Counted from the first letter of the stretch, positions 25,808 through 40,390 are shown. The stretch is 64,000 bases of DNA from Camelus dromedarius (GCF_036321535.1 NC_087436.1:31002001-31066000), one strand, 5' to 3'. The notes: generated from the letters alone by a model not told the origin. Made by a program: numbers and translations.

Positions 25808-25960
25808 TCAATTCAACTCAATAAATATGTGTTGATTTATCTTCAAGGTACTATGCTGAGTGTGAAGGATACAATGATGAATAAGATGAGGTCCTCGACC
25901 TCAAGAAGTACAAAATCTATAAAGAGAGCTACACCTGAAAACTAAAATTCCAACATCGAG
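25808..25960 (-). mobile_element. L2c 3' end
   Basis: caattcaactcaataaatatgtgttga...tactatgctgagtgtgaaggatacaatgatgaataagatgaggtcctcgacctcaagaag. Confidence 0.7.
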
Positions 25961-28029
25961 TATGTACATAATATAAACTTATATCTAAATCTCATACATT
26001 AAAATATATATATTTAAGTTTTATAAATGTAAAAGTAATAGCCAAATTAATAACAGAATCAGATCACATCAGCAACTTATATACCAGGCAAATTCCAAAC
26101 TAACCTTAAGGTTTCAAATGGAATTTCAAGAATACAGACTTTTAGATTCTGCCACCTAAGTATCAATAACACATAATCCAATGATTAACTGATTAAAATG
26201 TGAATAACTAAAAAAAAAAATGACTTGAGAAATTGACCAAAAGTTATAGAAAAAAATCAGCAAACCAAAGATTCAATTAATGGTCTGTAGTATGTGCTGT
26301 GTCCTCCTATAAGAAATGCACACACCTTTTGAATATTTTAGCAATGTTCTCCACAGCTTCCCCACCACCCTGTGTTGTAATGCATATTCAGGTTAAATCA
26401 GATCATCAGTACTAAAGTCCTTGAACATAATTGATAGGCTAGCACTGAAGTAATACTCATACAGTACAGATTTTCTGGTTAAATAGAGGTCACTGAAAAG
26501 ATAACAAGAACATGCCCATATCGTGGAGAATGAGAGAGCCAAAATTAGGTAATTGAGAGTGAAGAGGGCAAAATAAACGTTGAAACCTGCCCTTAAAAAA
26601 TGTGGCACAAATGTGAGTGAGAGGAGAACCTTAGCAATCTAAGAGGTCACTTGTCCCACAGATACCACACACGCACACACAATGGATTTGTACGAAAATC
26701 ACATGATTTATGCAGATGTCTTTCAAAGCATATGAACAAGTTAAGTTAATCTAAGGAAGGCCAAATGACTCCCTATCAAGAGACGACAACATAGTAATGG
26801 TGACTTGGTAATTTCACTATGTCCTGATGTTGGTCTTGAGCTTTGCAGAAACTAGATCTCTCCAGTGCCCTAAAGTTGAGGACGCTTCTTAAAAATGGTA
26901 TACATTCACAAATGACAGGAGGTACAAGGTAGGACACCAGATGACCTCAACTGTTGGACCAGTACATATGTCTTTCAGACAGAATCTTCTCTTGGGGCTG
27001 CATCTTAAGAAGAAGGGAATCAGTTTAAGAAGAGCTGGTTATATAATTCAGAAAGTTAATTGCATTATACTCTGGAAGATAGTAGTGCTTTTAACTCTAA
27101 TACAAGGATATACAAGTGGACAGAAGGACTCACTATCTAATTAAGAGTTTCTCTTTCTCTCTCCCTCCTCCTCTCAGAATTTATTTTGGCACTATTTCCT
27201 CTTTGATTCATCTATTCAGTCTTTCCAACATAAAAACCATTCTGCCTCTGCTCTTGTCCAACCTGAGTTTCCCTATTTCCAAGTTCTTGAAGGAAAGGGG
27301 AGGAGGTGGAACTTAGTATCATAACTGTACCACTTACATCTTCTGTGGTGTCCCATACTACTAAGTCAAGCCACTTTTAGATTTATAATTGGCGTTGGTA
27401 CACAGAAGCAGATAGAAGTTTTTCAAGCTTCTTTACAGCCTTTTGAGAATTGCTACCTTTCCTCTTGTAATGCTAAAGATATTCTTTGAACTTCTTCATA
27501 TGTAACATTGATCTGGTTAGTCTCTGAATTTTGAATTGCATTAAACCAATAAGGAGAAATGAAATAAACATTGATGTAAACCTACAGATGTTAGTAATCT
27601 CTCCCTTGCTAATGTTTTAAATAAAGGTCATGGATTTAAAAAAAAAATCACTAATGATATCTTGTATCACCAAACATATTTTTGTATAATAATCTGGGTA
27701 AAACAGAGTTTAGGTTGAACTTTAAAAATCAATTTTGTAGTCCCTTAACTGAAAGAAATCGGCATGATATTAAATAGCTTATCCATCTCTATATAGTGCA
27801 GTAAATGTTTTCAGAACTAAGGTAGTTAGACACACGAGCATATTCACATGTTCAATGGTGAGACAGACTAAATGATAAATTTTTAAAATAAAAACACTAA
27901 ATGTAAGTATTTCTTTATGGAATTTAATATCCCTAAATACTACTTTCATATCTTTAAATTAAATCATACAGTAATACCCTTTCAAATTTCTGTTTTTACA
28001 ATTTATTTCCAAATGCAGTGTTTCATTTG

Positions 28030-28205
28030 GTCTTTACCACAAAGACAGTTCAGTATCCCTATTTACAGAGAAGTAAATAGCCACTCATAAAGATTAAGTA
28101 ATTTACCAAAAACGATTCAGCTAGCAGGTAAGACTCAAATTGAAGACTAAAACCAGAACCCATGTAAACTAAATCAAAATCTAGAGCAATTTTCAATATA
28201 CCAAT
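28030..28205 (-). mobile_element. MIR SINE
   Basis: ccctatttacagagaagtaaatag...agattaagtaatttaccaaaa...cagctagcaggta. Confidence 0.55.
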
Positions 28206-29179
28206 AATCATGTCACTTACCTCCCTTTGTCAGAAAGAAAGTGGTAAAAAATGTATAAATGTTCACAGGTAGAAAAAAAAGATAATTCCTCATTCTTCTT
28301 AAATATATAATGCTTTTTCAAATATATAATGCTATAACTCATTCTAATGTTATCTTTTCCTAATCATGAAATAACCAGCAATGAACCCTCACTAGAAAAG
28401 CATTAAAGTAAAAAAGAAAATATTATAGTGGTAACATTATACTAGGGCCAATGTTACCAGCAGACTAAAAATCCCAAATAGATTAAAAAAAAAAAAAAAA
28501 ACAACCACAAGAACATCTACAGAAAAACCCATGTTCTGAGCTCAGTTCTATATTTTTGAAATTGGCTGAGAGTCACAGTGAGACTTCCTCTCCATGAGAA
28601 AAAGTCTTATTATCTGTTCCTTCTGACCTAGGCTTGGAGTATCAGAAGTAAGTAAGGGCCTTGTACTTTTCATGAAGCTTCTGCAAATCTCCCCCAAAGG
28701 CTACTGGTAATGACTTCTTGTCAAAAGGAATAGAGGACACATTTTTTCAATTCCTCTGGAAGTAGTTCTACATTGATTTCAGGGCTGTAGTCATGCACCT
28801 GGCCAACTTGGCAAGTGGACATACAGTGCCCTCCAGCTTTCTGAGGCAAATCAGAACACTAAATGACAGCGGCAGCCCAAACACTTCCTTCTACCCTTCA
28901 GATTTTCTAGTATTATGACTGCTGTAACAGAATTGATATCATTGTCAAAGATTTGGTGCATTATGCTCAGATTATACACACAAAAAATAGTGTCATATAT
29001 CTTAGCCTTAATATGTATAAATATATATGTATTTAAATTCAGGTTTTCTGTTGTCAGTTAGTTTTCTTGGGGAAGTCCTTCGTCTATAGAAAATTTTTAT
29101 TCCAGCAATCTGTAATACCAAATGAAATCATTTTAGATCTTCTGAAGCTTTCATTTAATTGGTTAAATATGGATTCGTG

Positions 29180-29385
29180 CAAACTTAGATCCAGATTCTG
29201 GTCACCCCACTGATTTGCTAATACGAATTTAGAAGCATTACTTCATATCTCTAGGTCCTGGCATCCTCATTGGAAAAATGAAAATAATAACACCTATTTT
29301 GTAGACTAATTAAAGTATATAATTCATACACAGTACTTACAGTGTCAGGCTTATAGTACCTACCCAGTAAATATTTATTTTATCT
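29180..29385 (+). mobile_element. MIR SINE
   Basis: ctctaggtcctggcatcctcattggaaaaatgaaaataataacacctattttg...acagtgtcaggcttatagta. Confidence 0.65.
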
Positions 29386-30074
29386 TGTTAGTTTTATTTT
29401 TGATAAAAATCTCAAGTGCATTTCAGCAATTATGATTTGTAAGAGAATCCTATCTCCCCTGTACAGTTTTTTTGTTTTTATGGTTTCTTGACTTGTTCTG
29501 TTTTAACATATATATTTCAGATGGGTGATTTTCATTTAAGTTGTTTTGAAGTGAAAAGAAGTATTAAAATAATAAACATTACTTTGCCATACAGTTGTAC
29601 CCTTTAGGGTTCAAATAAATGATAAATACAGAAAGCTCAAAATATTAGTGTCTTTGCAGTGAGATAAATAATGCATAACTGTCAGTTTAAAAATAAACAT
29701 TTTGAAACATCATAAAGTGAGTATCTATAACACTGACAGTAAGTTTCTCTTTTCTAAACGTATTTTCCCTGTGAAACATTTGATTTTCAGTTAAGATAAT
29801 GATTATTGTTCATTTGGGTAGCTAAAACAGTCTCCTCATCTAGGTATCACCACTTCTGAATGAGCTTTTAGAATGACTAGTGGTTCTCCAGAGTCTTCCA
29901 GGATAGTCTGCCACCCATCCTGACATAACAGACAATGGATTCTGGAACTACTGCTTTGTATACGTCTCAGCCTTCCTGTGAAGTATGGGCTGCGGTGGTT
30001 GTAGGACCAGCTCTGAATTACTGTCCTATGTCCTGTAGTTACAGAAAGAAAGATTCTTTTCATGGCTTAGACAT

Positions 30075-30195
30075 GCATGTCCAAGGTGATAGTCAATAGC
30101 CACATGTTTCTATTTAAATTTGTTTCCATTAACTTAAATTGAATAAAAATTAAAATGCATTTCTCAGTTGTACTAACTACATTTTAATACTGACT
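30075..30195 (+). mobile_element. MER3/MER33-like hAT-Charlie MITE fragment
   Basis: caatagccacatgtttctatttaaattt...aaaaattaaaatgcatttctcagttgtactaactacatttta. Confidence 0.65.
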
Positions 30196-31619
30196 ACTCT
30201 TCCTGTTCTTACATTTGTTCATATAATTTCCTCTCAAGTCCTCAAATTAGTCTTGGTGACTTTTTTGTTGTGCTGTTATTTGTAACTTTATGAATGTGTA
30301 TCAACAAATGTTATTTCCACTTGTGAAAGAATGGAAGAATTATGCTTCTATATGGATTGCTGGGATCCAGAGGGAAATATTTGATTATTTTATTTATATT
30401 TTATGTCATGTTGATATTGAAACTCTTTCTCAACCCACTATATATTTGGATACACTGTGGCTCCTCAAAACTCCACTGACTGAATTTCATTCGTTTGGAA
30501 ATAATTTAAGATTGCATCACTATATTAAATTACCTACTTAAAATTTCAAACCATTTCCCTGAAATGTCCCTCTTATAGGTTCATAAGATTTCATTCACCA
30601 TGCTTAATTTTAATATCTTGTCCTTTGCATATCTCTCATTATTATGGTTATCAAGAGAATCCATGGGCTGTAAGACTTCAGGGAATATGACATTCAAAAC
30701 ATGCCAAGCAACTGTCCCTCCCTAAATTCTGATGATAAAAGGCATCCTAGAGGAAGGGTTGCATTAAATGTTCAGATGATATTCTGCTTGCCAAAGAGAA
30801 CCAGCTGTTTATACTTGGCGGCATACTGCAACAGAATTATCTCATTTGCAAATCTTGGGATATGGAGATGCAGATAAATGTTAGCACGACAAACTAACAA
30901 ATGTAGAATGAGCTGTATTCTTAGTATTTGGAGAAAGACTTCATATTTCATATTTGTGCATATGGAGCTTTGAAAACTTATTCATAAACATGCCATCTGA
31001 GCAACACGGCACAGAAGGCATTTTTAATATGGCCAAAGCTGTGTTAAGATACTTCCTTACATAATGTTATCCAAACAAATATTCTAACCTTCCACTCGTA
31101 TAAAATGTTAATGAGAAAGTTGTGTAGCAGTGGAAACAAATGTGTGTCTGATGTGTTTTCATAATAAAATGAGTATTTTCTGCCAATCAAGTGTCATGGA
31201 TAAAGATAATATTATTCCCTCTTACACACAAAAGCTCCCCAATCAGTAGGAAAGAACACATTAGGATTTCTTTGGTAAGTTCATTTGGTTCACACACACA
31301 TCTTAGCCTTCACAAAATAGTAAGTTTGCCATTCAAAAGGGAAAACTATTCATAAGAGACTTATTTATGGGTCTGCAAACACATGTCAGGAATTCAAAGG
31401 ATTAGGTGGTAACAAATTTTTAAAACACTAGATTCTATTTTAGCCCAAGCAAGTTTTTCTACCTGGGAGAAGAAAACGCTTCATTCATTCACGGTTTAAA
31501 AAAAAAAAAAAAGGTTACATTTCTTTCATGGGAAAAAATTTAGCCTTGACTACTAATAGCTAAGCAAGGTAAACCTGTTCTTTTCCCTTAAGTTGAAGAG
31601 AACCCATTCCCGATCTGTT

Positions 31620-32856
31620 AATTCATTCTTCTCCCTGCGGCTAGAATGCTCTTTGAAAAATACAAATCTAATCACATGGAATTCTTAATTAAAACACTAC
31701 AATGGCTTCCATTGTCCATAGGAAAAACATCCAAACCTTTAACATGGTCTACAAAGTACTGCTTGATTGATCTTTCCTTTCTCTAAACCTGCATAACATT
31801 GCCACAGGGTCTCACAGGGTGCCTAATACACAGAGGCACTACATGAATACTGAATGAAAGGATAAACAAACATTACAATTTTTCCTCAGACAGGAAGAAT
31901 CCAGAGACAAGAGGTGGATGAGATACATACTTTTACCCGAGCATCGTCTGTAAAATAAGAACACCTTCATCCCCTCGTTCTCTATCTCCTTATCCTGTTT
32001 CTTTTTTCTTACAGCATAAATAATACCTGACATACATTCATTTCTGTACATAAACTCCATAATGGCAAAGATGTTGTCTGGTTTGTTCACTGCTATATAT
32101 ATATATTAAGCTAATGACTTAAAAAGAATTTGAGATAAATTTCTGTTAAATTCATGAATGAAGGAAAAACTCTGCTCCCTCAGCACTCACTTGGGTCATC
32201 AGTTAAATGGCCAGAAAGCTTTTCAACTTTGCCTTCAGTCATTATCCTCTTCCCCACCTATCATTCTCCTCTCCAAATTACCTTCTGAGAGACTCATTTA
32301 TTTATTTATTGCAAAGATCCTTTTGTTCTTTCCTCATTTAAAAGATTTTATTGGCACTCCTTGCTTCTTGAAAAAGTCCAATATACTTAGCATAGCTGCA
32401 GGATGTGACCCTGGTTTACACCGCCAACACACTGACTCCCATCTCCATCCTGCATTTTGTAGGTTACAGCCAGGCTGACCATCTCTCAGTTCTTCAGGTC
32501 CACCACACTCTCCCTCACTCACTGGTGTGTCTTCACATAAACTGATTCCTCTGGCTAGGACACTCTTCCTCCCCCTGAATGCTTTTTTCACCTGGATAAA
32601 TTCTTAGTTTTCCTGCAGGTTTGTGCTTTAGAAGTAACCCTCTGGGAAGGTTTTTCCAGACTTCAAATGCTGGGGAGGTATCCCTGTTTTGTCTTCCCCC
32701 AGTGCTTTCAACTTTCCGTATCACATTGTTTTTAGCCTCCCATAACTTGATTGTTTCTCGTCTGTATTTCCCATACACAGCAAGACCCTTTGATGGCAGA
32801 GGTAATCATTGTTCACACATGGTGGCTGTGCATAGAAATAGTATTTGCTGAATGAG
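31620..32856 (+). mobile_element. Cluster of three L2 3' fragments (about 31620-31860, 31870-32162, 32200-32856)
   Basis: Each has L2 sense motifs and ends in a decayed ...tgaatgaa tail (gtgcctaatacacagaggcact; ttgtctggtttgttcactgctata; gtatttgctgaatga). Confidence 0.7.
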
Positions 32857-33589
32857 GACTTAGGGGCAAATATCTCATAATTCTAAGTCAGCTCCAAATC
32901 TCAGGCAGAAACTTTTTACACTGAGACTGTATAGTTTTTCCCCTTAGGACCTAAAACAATACTGGGGATGTGATAAGATTACCAGAAAGAGAGAAAGAGT
33001 CATAGCTGATCAGCTGACTGACCACTATTGACCAATGTGTAAAGAAGTTTAGCTTAACTGGAAGACAAGCTGACGCTGTTCAGAGTGGAATTCGGCTTCC
33101 CTCCAGCAGTTTCTTTAAAAGGCTAACTCTCTCTGACCCTGAAGTCACACTCCCAACTCTGCAGAACATTCCATCCAAGCTCAACATCACTTTTCTTATA
33201 CCTATAAAAGCTGCAAAAATTACAATGAGAAGAAAACAAATAAAGGACAACTCTAGAAAACATAGTATAAGAATTCCTAGCACTAATTTACTGATTGGTC
33301 TTTGACTTTCTGGATAGTATTATCTTTGGGATCAGCTCTTGGATTTCACCATAAATCCCATTATACTGACATGCAATATTCTCCTAAGATTGCAACATTA
33401 TGTTGTTACAAGTGCCAGAATGGGTAAGAATGGAATATTAGCATATGAAAATCTGTTCTTAAGCACACAAAACCAAAGCTAAATTCTACCTTCTCTTTAA
33501 GATTAGTTAGAAAATCTGAATAATTACTGACAGAAAAAATAGCATCAACTGAAAGAAAGTTCAGCATTAACTGAGTTAAAACTCAAATA

Positions 33590-33820
33590 TCCATTATGAG
33601 AGGGAGGTACATGAGTTTCCAAGTAGACACAATCTGATCCAATTCTCTAACACACTTTTAGTTTTTGGAGAGTTCTTTGCCTCTCTTAACCCCAGTTTCC
33701 TCATGAAAATGAGGATAACAGTGTCTGCCTCATTAATTTATTGTAGAAGTTCAACTAGATAGGAAACATAAAGCACTTACATTATTGACACATAGTTAAC
33801 TCAGCAATAATTGCTAGATA
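33590..33820 (+). mobile_element. MIR SINE
   Basis: cctctcttaaccccagtttcctcatgaaaatgaggataacagtgtctgcctca...taaagcactta. Confidence 0.7.
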
Positions 33821-34249
33821 TGCTTTTTAGGTATTTTTATGGTTTCCCAATCAAACATGCTAATTTAATTAAAAAATGTCTCTTGATTTTTCCCCCCTCA
33901 TTGATCCTAGATGTGTGGGGAGGGTGGAGGGGAGAGTGCAATAAGGAAGGAATAAGTGTGTGGCACAAGGGTGGAGGAATTATGGGGAGCCCAGAATGAC
34001 TTTTCTGCATTCAAGTTCTGACCAAATGGGCTTGCAAAAGCAAATGTCTTCCTTTAAGAAGGTGACTATAAAATGAGGAACTTTTAAAAGAATGAATTTC
34101 TCAGTAATTAAGCCAACAGACTATATGAAGGACTGGCTGTTCTTGAAATGTGTCGATTTCTGTGAGTTATCAAGAGCCAGCTCTCTATGGCTAACAAGCA
34201 TCTTTTAGAATTTGTAACAAAGATTAAATCAAATTAAATGTAAAGGTTC

Positions 34250-34711
34250 TGTACAGCTAGTCTCCAATGATGGTGCCCCCAATGAACCATTCCTCTTATT
34301 AGTCACGTCCCTGTGTAATTCCCTCCCCTTAACTGTAAGTTGGCTGTGACTCCCTCTTGACCAACAGAATGCAGAGAAGGAGATGCTGTGGTCACAGACA
34401 GTAGAGGCTGGGTGGGACGAAGCCTTGCAGCTTCAGTCTTAGCCTCTTGGAATCCTCACTCTTGGAATGCTTCCTCTAAGAAAACTACACCCATGCAATG
34501 AAGCCCAAGTCATATATGAAGAGGCCAATGAGCCTTATTTTGACTGTAGCTCCAGCTGGCATTTGACTGTAACTGCATGAGCCATCCCAAGCAAGGACTG
34601 CCCAGCTGATCCCCAAATGAGTCACTGAATCAAGGAAAATAATAATAAATTATTATTTAAATATCCTGAGTTTTGGGGTGTTTTTTAATGCAGCAAAAGA
34701 TCACAGGAACA
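34250..34711 (+). mobile_element. ERVL-MaLR solo LTR (MLT1G/H-like), near complete
   Basis: tg...gatggtgcccccaatgaacc start; ttgaccaacagaatgcag; aataataaatt poly(A) signal; end gttttggggtgttttttaatgcagcaaaagatcacaggaaca. Confidence 0.85.
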
Positions 34712-34887
34712 GATACCTATCAAAACTCTTGACAGAGTATAAGGTACACATAAAATAAGTTTGGTTGATTGGATCAGAGATTTATTAGAGTCCGTAATTT
34801 TGAATAAACTGCTATCCAGCTGATGTCAAAAGCTTGGTAGAGATTACTGATGAGGTATTAAAACCATCCAAGATGAGTACATTTTAA

Positions 34888-35015
34888 CTTCGCTAAAATT
34901 AAGATGCTTCTTACCATCAGTGAGATTGTATAATTGGCATTATATTTTTCTTTCTTAAAAGTACTGAAAAATCCATCTTATAATTGATGGCATCTTAGAT
35001 CTTAAAATAGAATAT
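34888..35015. mobile_element. Tigger-family MITE fragment (MamRep434-like)
   Basis: catcttataattgatggcatcttagatcttaaaatagaata resembles the element terminus. Confidence 0.45.
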
Positions 35016-35019
35016 ACTG

Positions 35020-35201
35020 AATCAATAGCCTAAAAGACTCCTGCTTGTGTGGACTTCCTCAAAATTTCCTGGAGAGTCTATTTTAGTAGGTTTCTGGTCC
35101 TTCATAAATCAGCAGGATATCTTGGGGCAGGACCCAGGCATTTGCATCTAAACAAGTTTTCTAAGTGATCCTTATGTGTAACAATGTCTGAAAAACACTG
35201 A
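35020..35201. mobile_element. MER5A-like hAT-Charlie MITE
   Basis: ggggcaggacccaggcatttgcatctaaacaagttttctaagtgatcctta...gtctgaaaaacactg. Confidence 0.7.
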
Positions 35202-37119
35202 TTCAGGTAGCAAAATCTTTGTACTACTTTAGAAAATTAGGTGACCAGACCCATATTATTTTAGCTCCCCACTGACATATGTTCATTAAATTGTAATTGG
35301 CATTTGACTTTTGACAGTTGTAGAGTCTTGAATTGAGTGCTTCAGTGAAGAAACATAAAAATACTCCTAGAGTTTCTTTAAAAAAAAAAACCCATAAAGT
35401 GCAATTTCTATTCTATTGCTCAATGAAAATTCATTTTAGAGATTATAATAATGACCTCATTCTTCTTGCTACATAGTTCTTTATCTGTTATTGTTGTTTT
35501 AGTGATCCAACTGCCTCTATGACATCTATTCAAAACTATCTCAAATATGTATGTTGCATTGTTTCAACATCACAATGTTAAAAGACTTAGATATGATAAT
35601 TATGAACGCCATATTTTAATTAATTATATTTCCAAGAGAATGTGAAAATGATTCTTAAATTGAGATACATAATTCTCTAAAAGTTGATATAAAACAGCAC
35701 AAACATACTTTCTCAATATTTAAATTTTTCTTCCTATGTTTGAATTATGCAGGGAAGCGTACTTGTTTTGCAGACATGAAACAGATTACCTCCAGACAAA
35801 AAAAAAAATGCCTACTGTTTGGCTCTTTAACTCCCTTTCCCTAGAAATGCAGAAATTGTTGAGTCAATTGTGAAATTAAATTTGACATTTTACACCCTGA
35901 TAGTCATGTTACTAGTTATTTGTGGCTTCCTTTTTGTGCACTAAAGTACAGCTTGCAGGCAAATACACCAAGAAGGTGCTGTAGCCTTCAGCAAATCTGG
36001 TAGTCAAACCTTCCATTTGGTGAATTAAAACCATCATAATAGCCTTATAGAATTGCAATCATCTCTTTCCACCTCATGCAAAATATGTTTTCCAAAATTT
36101 TATTTTTGGAATGGTTGCTTAAATTCTAACTTTGAGAACATGGGGACCGAAATATATGCTAATAAAATTGTAGAGAGTGAATTCCGCTTCATATGGTGAC
36201 AGAAAAGGAGAGCAGATTGTATAACAATCATCTTTACCTCATGGCATTGTACACAGAACTGCATTTTGTATAGCAATTCAAATTCAACAGTTATTCAACA
36301 AATGTTTATTCAGTAAGCTCTGTAAATAGAATAAATTCTATGACGGTATGAATATGCTGTAATACATAGAATCAGTTTACGGTAATATTTTGGAAATTGA
36401 AAAATTTGCAATTTTATTTTTAATTGAAACCACTTTCAATATGAAACAAAGGGAGAAAGTTCACATTAGAAAAACAGACGTATCCAGGGATCAAAGTTCA
36501 TTTGAACTACACAGTAAAATATACCCAGAATATTTGTGATTTTGTGCAAGAATTAGCATGCTATTTATTACAAATATCCACTGTCTTTTTCTGACTGTGA
36601 ATCTGAATGCTATAGCTCTTTTCAAAAGCTATTATTTTTAAGCAGTAGGCGACAACTGAAATTCTCCCATTCAGCTGAGTTTAGGTAAAATAAGCTTTTT
36701 CCACATTATTTCACATCACATGAGAGATACTATCTACTAAGCTAATGCCACTCCAAATCAAAGAAATGTCATTTTGATGATGACCAACATTAACTGCTAA
36801 CTATCTGAACTGTCAAAGCAGAAGAAAAACATACCTACCAGGAATACTAAGCTGGGACAATAAAAATGCTCTAAGAATTGGGATAAATGACTAACAATGT
36901 CTGATAAAAGAACATTTCAATCTTTTGATTCATAAGATATCAATAGTTCAACTGTTGGAACAACTAAGTAACTCCTCTCATATAAAACAATGAGTGTTCA
37001 GTAATTATGTTTTGCATCTCTATAGTTTTATTACTTTTCCTTCCTCTATTTTAAGTAGTAGCAGATGAAGCACTGGTAGTAACAGCAGTGGTTGTACTGG
37101 CAGTTATAATCGTAACAGT

Positions 37120-37290
37120 AGTCAGGACTACCACTTACAGAGCATTTGTTATATGCTGAGCATTGGCTTAAGTGCCGTATTCCATCTGAGAGGTTATGAA
37201 AATAGCTTTAAGTTTCTGTAGCTATTAAATGAGAGAGAGTGGGGTGATGGACTCCCAGTCTGACTCTAAAATTTTCATCTTTACCAAAAT
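37120..37290 (-). mobile_element. MIR SINE, internally deleted
   Basis: taccacttacagagcatttgttatatgctgagcattggcttaagtgc...cagtctgactctaaa. Confidence 0.55.
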
Positions 37291-37708
37291 GGTAAGTATT
37301 ATGACTTTGTCTATAAACTTAGTTTTAAGAAACTTGACCAAAAGTTTATTAAACTTTAATAAATTGTTTTATACAGAACAATATACTTTATGATATGAGT
37401 AATTATTTTGTCAATAATTTTAATAATGGTCCATAGTTGCACGTGATAATATCCCCCACATTTTACCAATGATTTTTTAGTTTTCAGTTCTCAGTATTGT
37501 CAGGCTACTGTAGGAATTACATGCCTGTGATTTACAGACAAGTGAATCAGGAATACGAGAGTCAGAATCAAGTTGCCAACAAAGGGACTAGTTTATTTAG
37601 GGAAATGGTGTGAAATGTTAGTATTTATATTTTAGGACCTCAGATCCTCAGCCAATTTACCAGACAGACTTTATAGATATCTGTAAATAGCAGATATCTC
37701 AATTTAAC

Positions 37709-37763
37709 CAAAGTAAATAAACAAAGTAAATAAATCAAAGTAAATGAATCAAAGCAAGTGAAT
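37709..37763 (+). repeat. Short minisatellite, four 13-14 bp units of CAAAGTAAAT(A/G)AAT
   Basis: caaagtaaataaa caaagtaaataaat caaagtaaatgaat caaagcaagtgaat. Confidence 0.85.
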
Positions 37764-38904
37764 GTGGTCTACAAATGTATTTACCTACCAAGGATCTAAC
37801 AACTGATCAATAGTAGGAGAGGCCAAATAAAACCAAAAAAGGGTCAGGTAAAGCAAAGAACCAAGAGTACAACTTTCTGCAAATGCTTGACTGACTCACA
37901 AGATAATGTATTTTTTCAATTCAAAAAACATGATTCAGTAAGATGTGTCCAAACAAGCTTAATTATTGATGAGAACTGCAACGTCTGCATGTGAAAAGAC
38001 GCACATGAACCTTGAAAATGCTTTTGTTGCATATTTAGAATAGTTATAAATGTCAGGTTACTGCTAGTGGTACTGTTCTTAAGAGTGGCATTTGCAAAAT
38101 AATATTTGCCAAAGTTCATGTGACTCTCCCTCTGAAAACCGTAGGCAAACTTCCTTTTACACAAAGTTATGTGTTTCTTTAAGAAAGATACTGTGACTGA
38201 TCCCAGTGTAACTATTATTTGTATTGTTCTTACATAATAGGCTTGAATTAACATAGGTCTAGGGTGTCTTAAATACATATTTCAGATTTTTATGACCAAT
38301 GTGATTGCCTCATAAGGAAATAACTTTAATTACGTTAATTGTTGGACAAACTACCAAAAGTCACTGCAAGTTCATGGAGTAGCCCATTAAACATTCAAAA
38401 AGGTCATTTGTTCAAAGTATTTTAATTTTGTTTTCATATTGAAATATGCTTGAGGTATGTTTAATACATTATGCTTTCCTTATTCTACCATTCATGGACG
38501 AAATATTTTTACTAACTCACAGATTATCTGTGCTATTATTATTTTTTTAGTTTATATTGGAATTAAGACATTTCAGAAAATATATTAAAGAGAAGCATCT
38601 ACTTAACATAATTTGGTTTTTAAAAATGAAAATGAGGAATAAAAATCTTGCATGATAAAATGTGTATTGTTGGAATGGATGAGAATGTAGAATAATATAT
38701 AATAATTGAATGAGTGGGTTCAAATAAGCAGAAAATAGTGGTGCCAGATTCAATCACTCATTAATAAAGGATATTCTGAAAAAGAAGCAAAATCTGTATA
38801 ATATGCAAACACTAATATTTTTTAACACATGAAAATTGAGTGCATTTAAAGCAATATTATACAGGACATTGATGTTGTGTATTTTGTTTTTATAAAAATC
38901 GAAT

Positions 38905-40390
38905 TTTAAAATTTTTAGATAATTGTAAATTCCTATTTAGTTGTAAGAAATACCACCAAGAAATCCCACTTACCTTTATCTATTTCCTCTCAAATGTAAC
39001 ATCTTGCAAAACTATAGCAAAGTATCATAACCAGGATATTGATACTGAAACAGTCAAGACATAGAGCATTTCCATCACCACAAAGATCTCTCATGTTCTT
39101 TTACAGTCACACTGACATCTCTCTCACCAAGCACCTCTCCTCCCTGTCTTCTTAACACCTGGCAACCACTAATCTGTTCTCTTTTTCTATAATTTTGTCA
39201 TTCCCAAGTGATACATAAATATAATCATTCTGTATATTACCTTTTGGGATTGGCTTACATCATTCAGCAAAATTCTCTGAGATTCACTGAAATAGTTGTA
39301 TTTTATCAATATTCTTTTATGTTTATTGCTGAGAAATATTCCAAGTATGGATGTGCCACAGTCTGATTAACTATTCACCCATTGGAGGACATGTGGGTTG
39401 GTTCCAGATTTTGGCTGTCATGAATAAATGTACCAGAAGCATTTGTGTAGAGGTTTTTGTGGGGCCATAAATTTTCATTTATCGAGATAAATGACTAGGA
39501 GCCCAGTTGCTGGATCACATGGAAGTTGCATGGTTAGTTTTTAAGAAACTGCCTAGCAGCTCCCAGAATGAATGTTCCATTTTGAATTCTCAGTAGTAAG
39601 GTTGAATGATGATCCAGTTTCTCCACATCCTCACCACTATTTGATATTGTCATCATTTTTTATAACCATTCTTTTATGTATATGGTCATATGTCACTGTG
39701 GTTTTAAACTGCATTTCCCTAAAGGCTAATAATGTTGAACATATTTTCTTATGTTAATTTGAAATCTGTATGTCCTCTTCAGTGAAATGGTTATGTCTTT
39801 GCCCATTTTCTAATTGGGTTGTTTGATTTTTAACTCTTTAGTTTTAGGGTTCTTTATATATTCTAGATACCAGTCCTTTGTTTAATATGTGGTTTGCAAA
39901 TATTTTCTTTTAATACGTAGCTTGTCTTTTCAGGCTCATAACAGGGTCTTGTGTAGATAAATTTTTTAAATTTTGAAGTTCAATTTGCTATTTTTTTCAT
40001 AGATAAATCACATTTTCTGGTAACAGGGTCCTACCCCTAGATCACAAAGATTTATCTCCTTTTTTATATGTTGCTTGGTTTCACATTTAATATTCTAAGT
40101 TCATGACCCATTTTAAGGTTTTTTTTTTTTTGTATAAGGCATAAGATTTAGTTTAAGGTTTTTTGTTTGTTTGTTTTAACCTATAATTGTTCACTTGCTT
40201 TTAGTGCTAAACTATGTTTTGAAACAGATATATTTCCTCTATTACCTTGATTTTGCACCTTTTTCAAAGGAATATATATTCTGAATGTTCTATAAATGTT
40301 GACTAGAGCCTATTGGTTAATGGTTCTGTTTTGTCCTTCTATAACTTATTGTTTGTCTGTGAATTTGTTTTATCAACTGTTGAGGGTGTC
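38905..40390 (-). mobile_element. LINE-1 L1MC1/L1MC2-like 3' portion
   Basis: gtaacatcttgcaaaactatagc...aaccaggatattgatactga...catttccatcaccacaaagatc (L1MC 3'UTR), then antisense ORF2 text (tgcatttccctaaaggctaataatgttgaacat; tatattctagataccagtcctttg). Confidence 0.9.
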
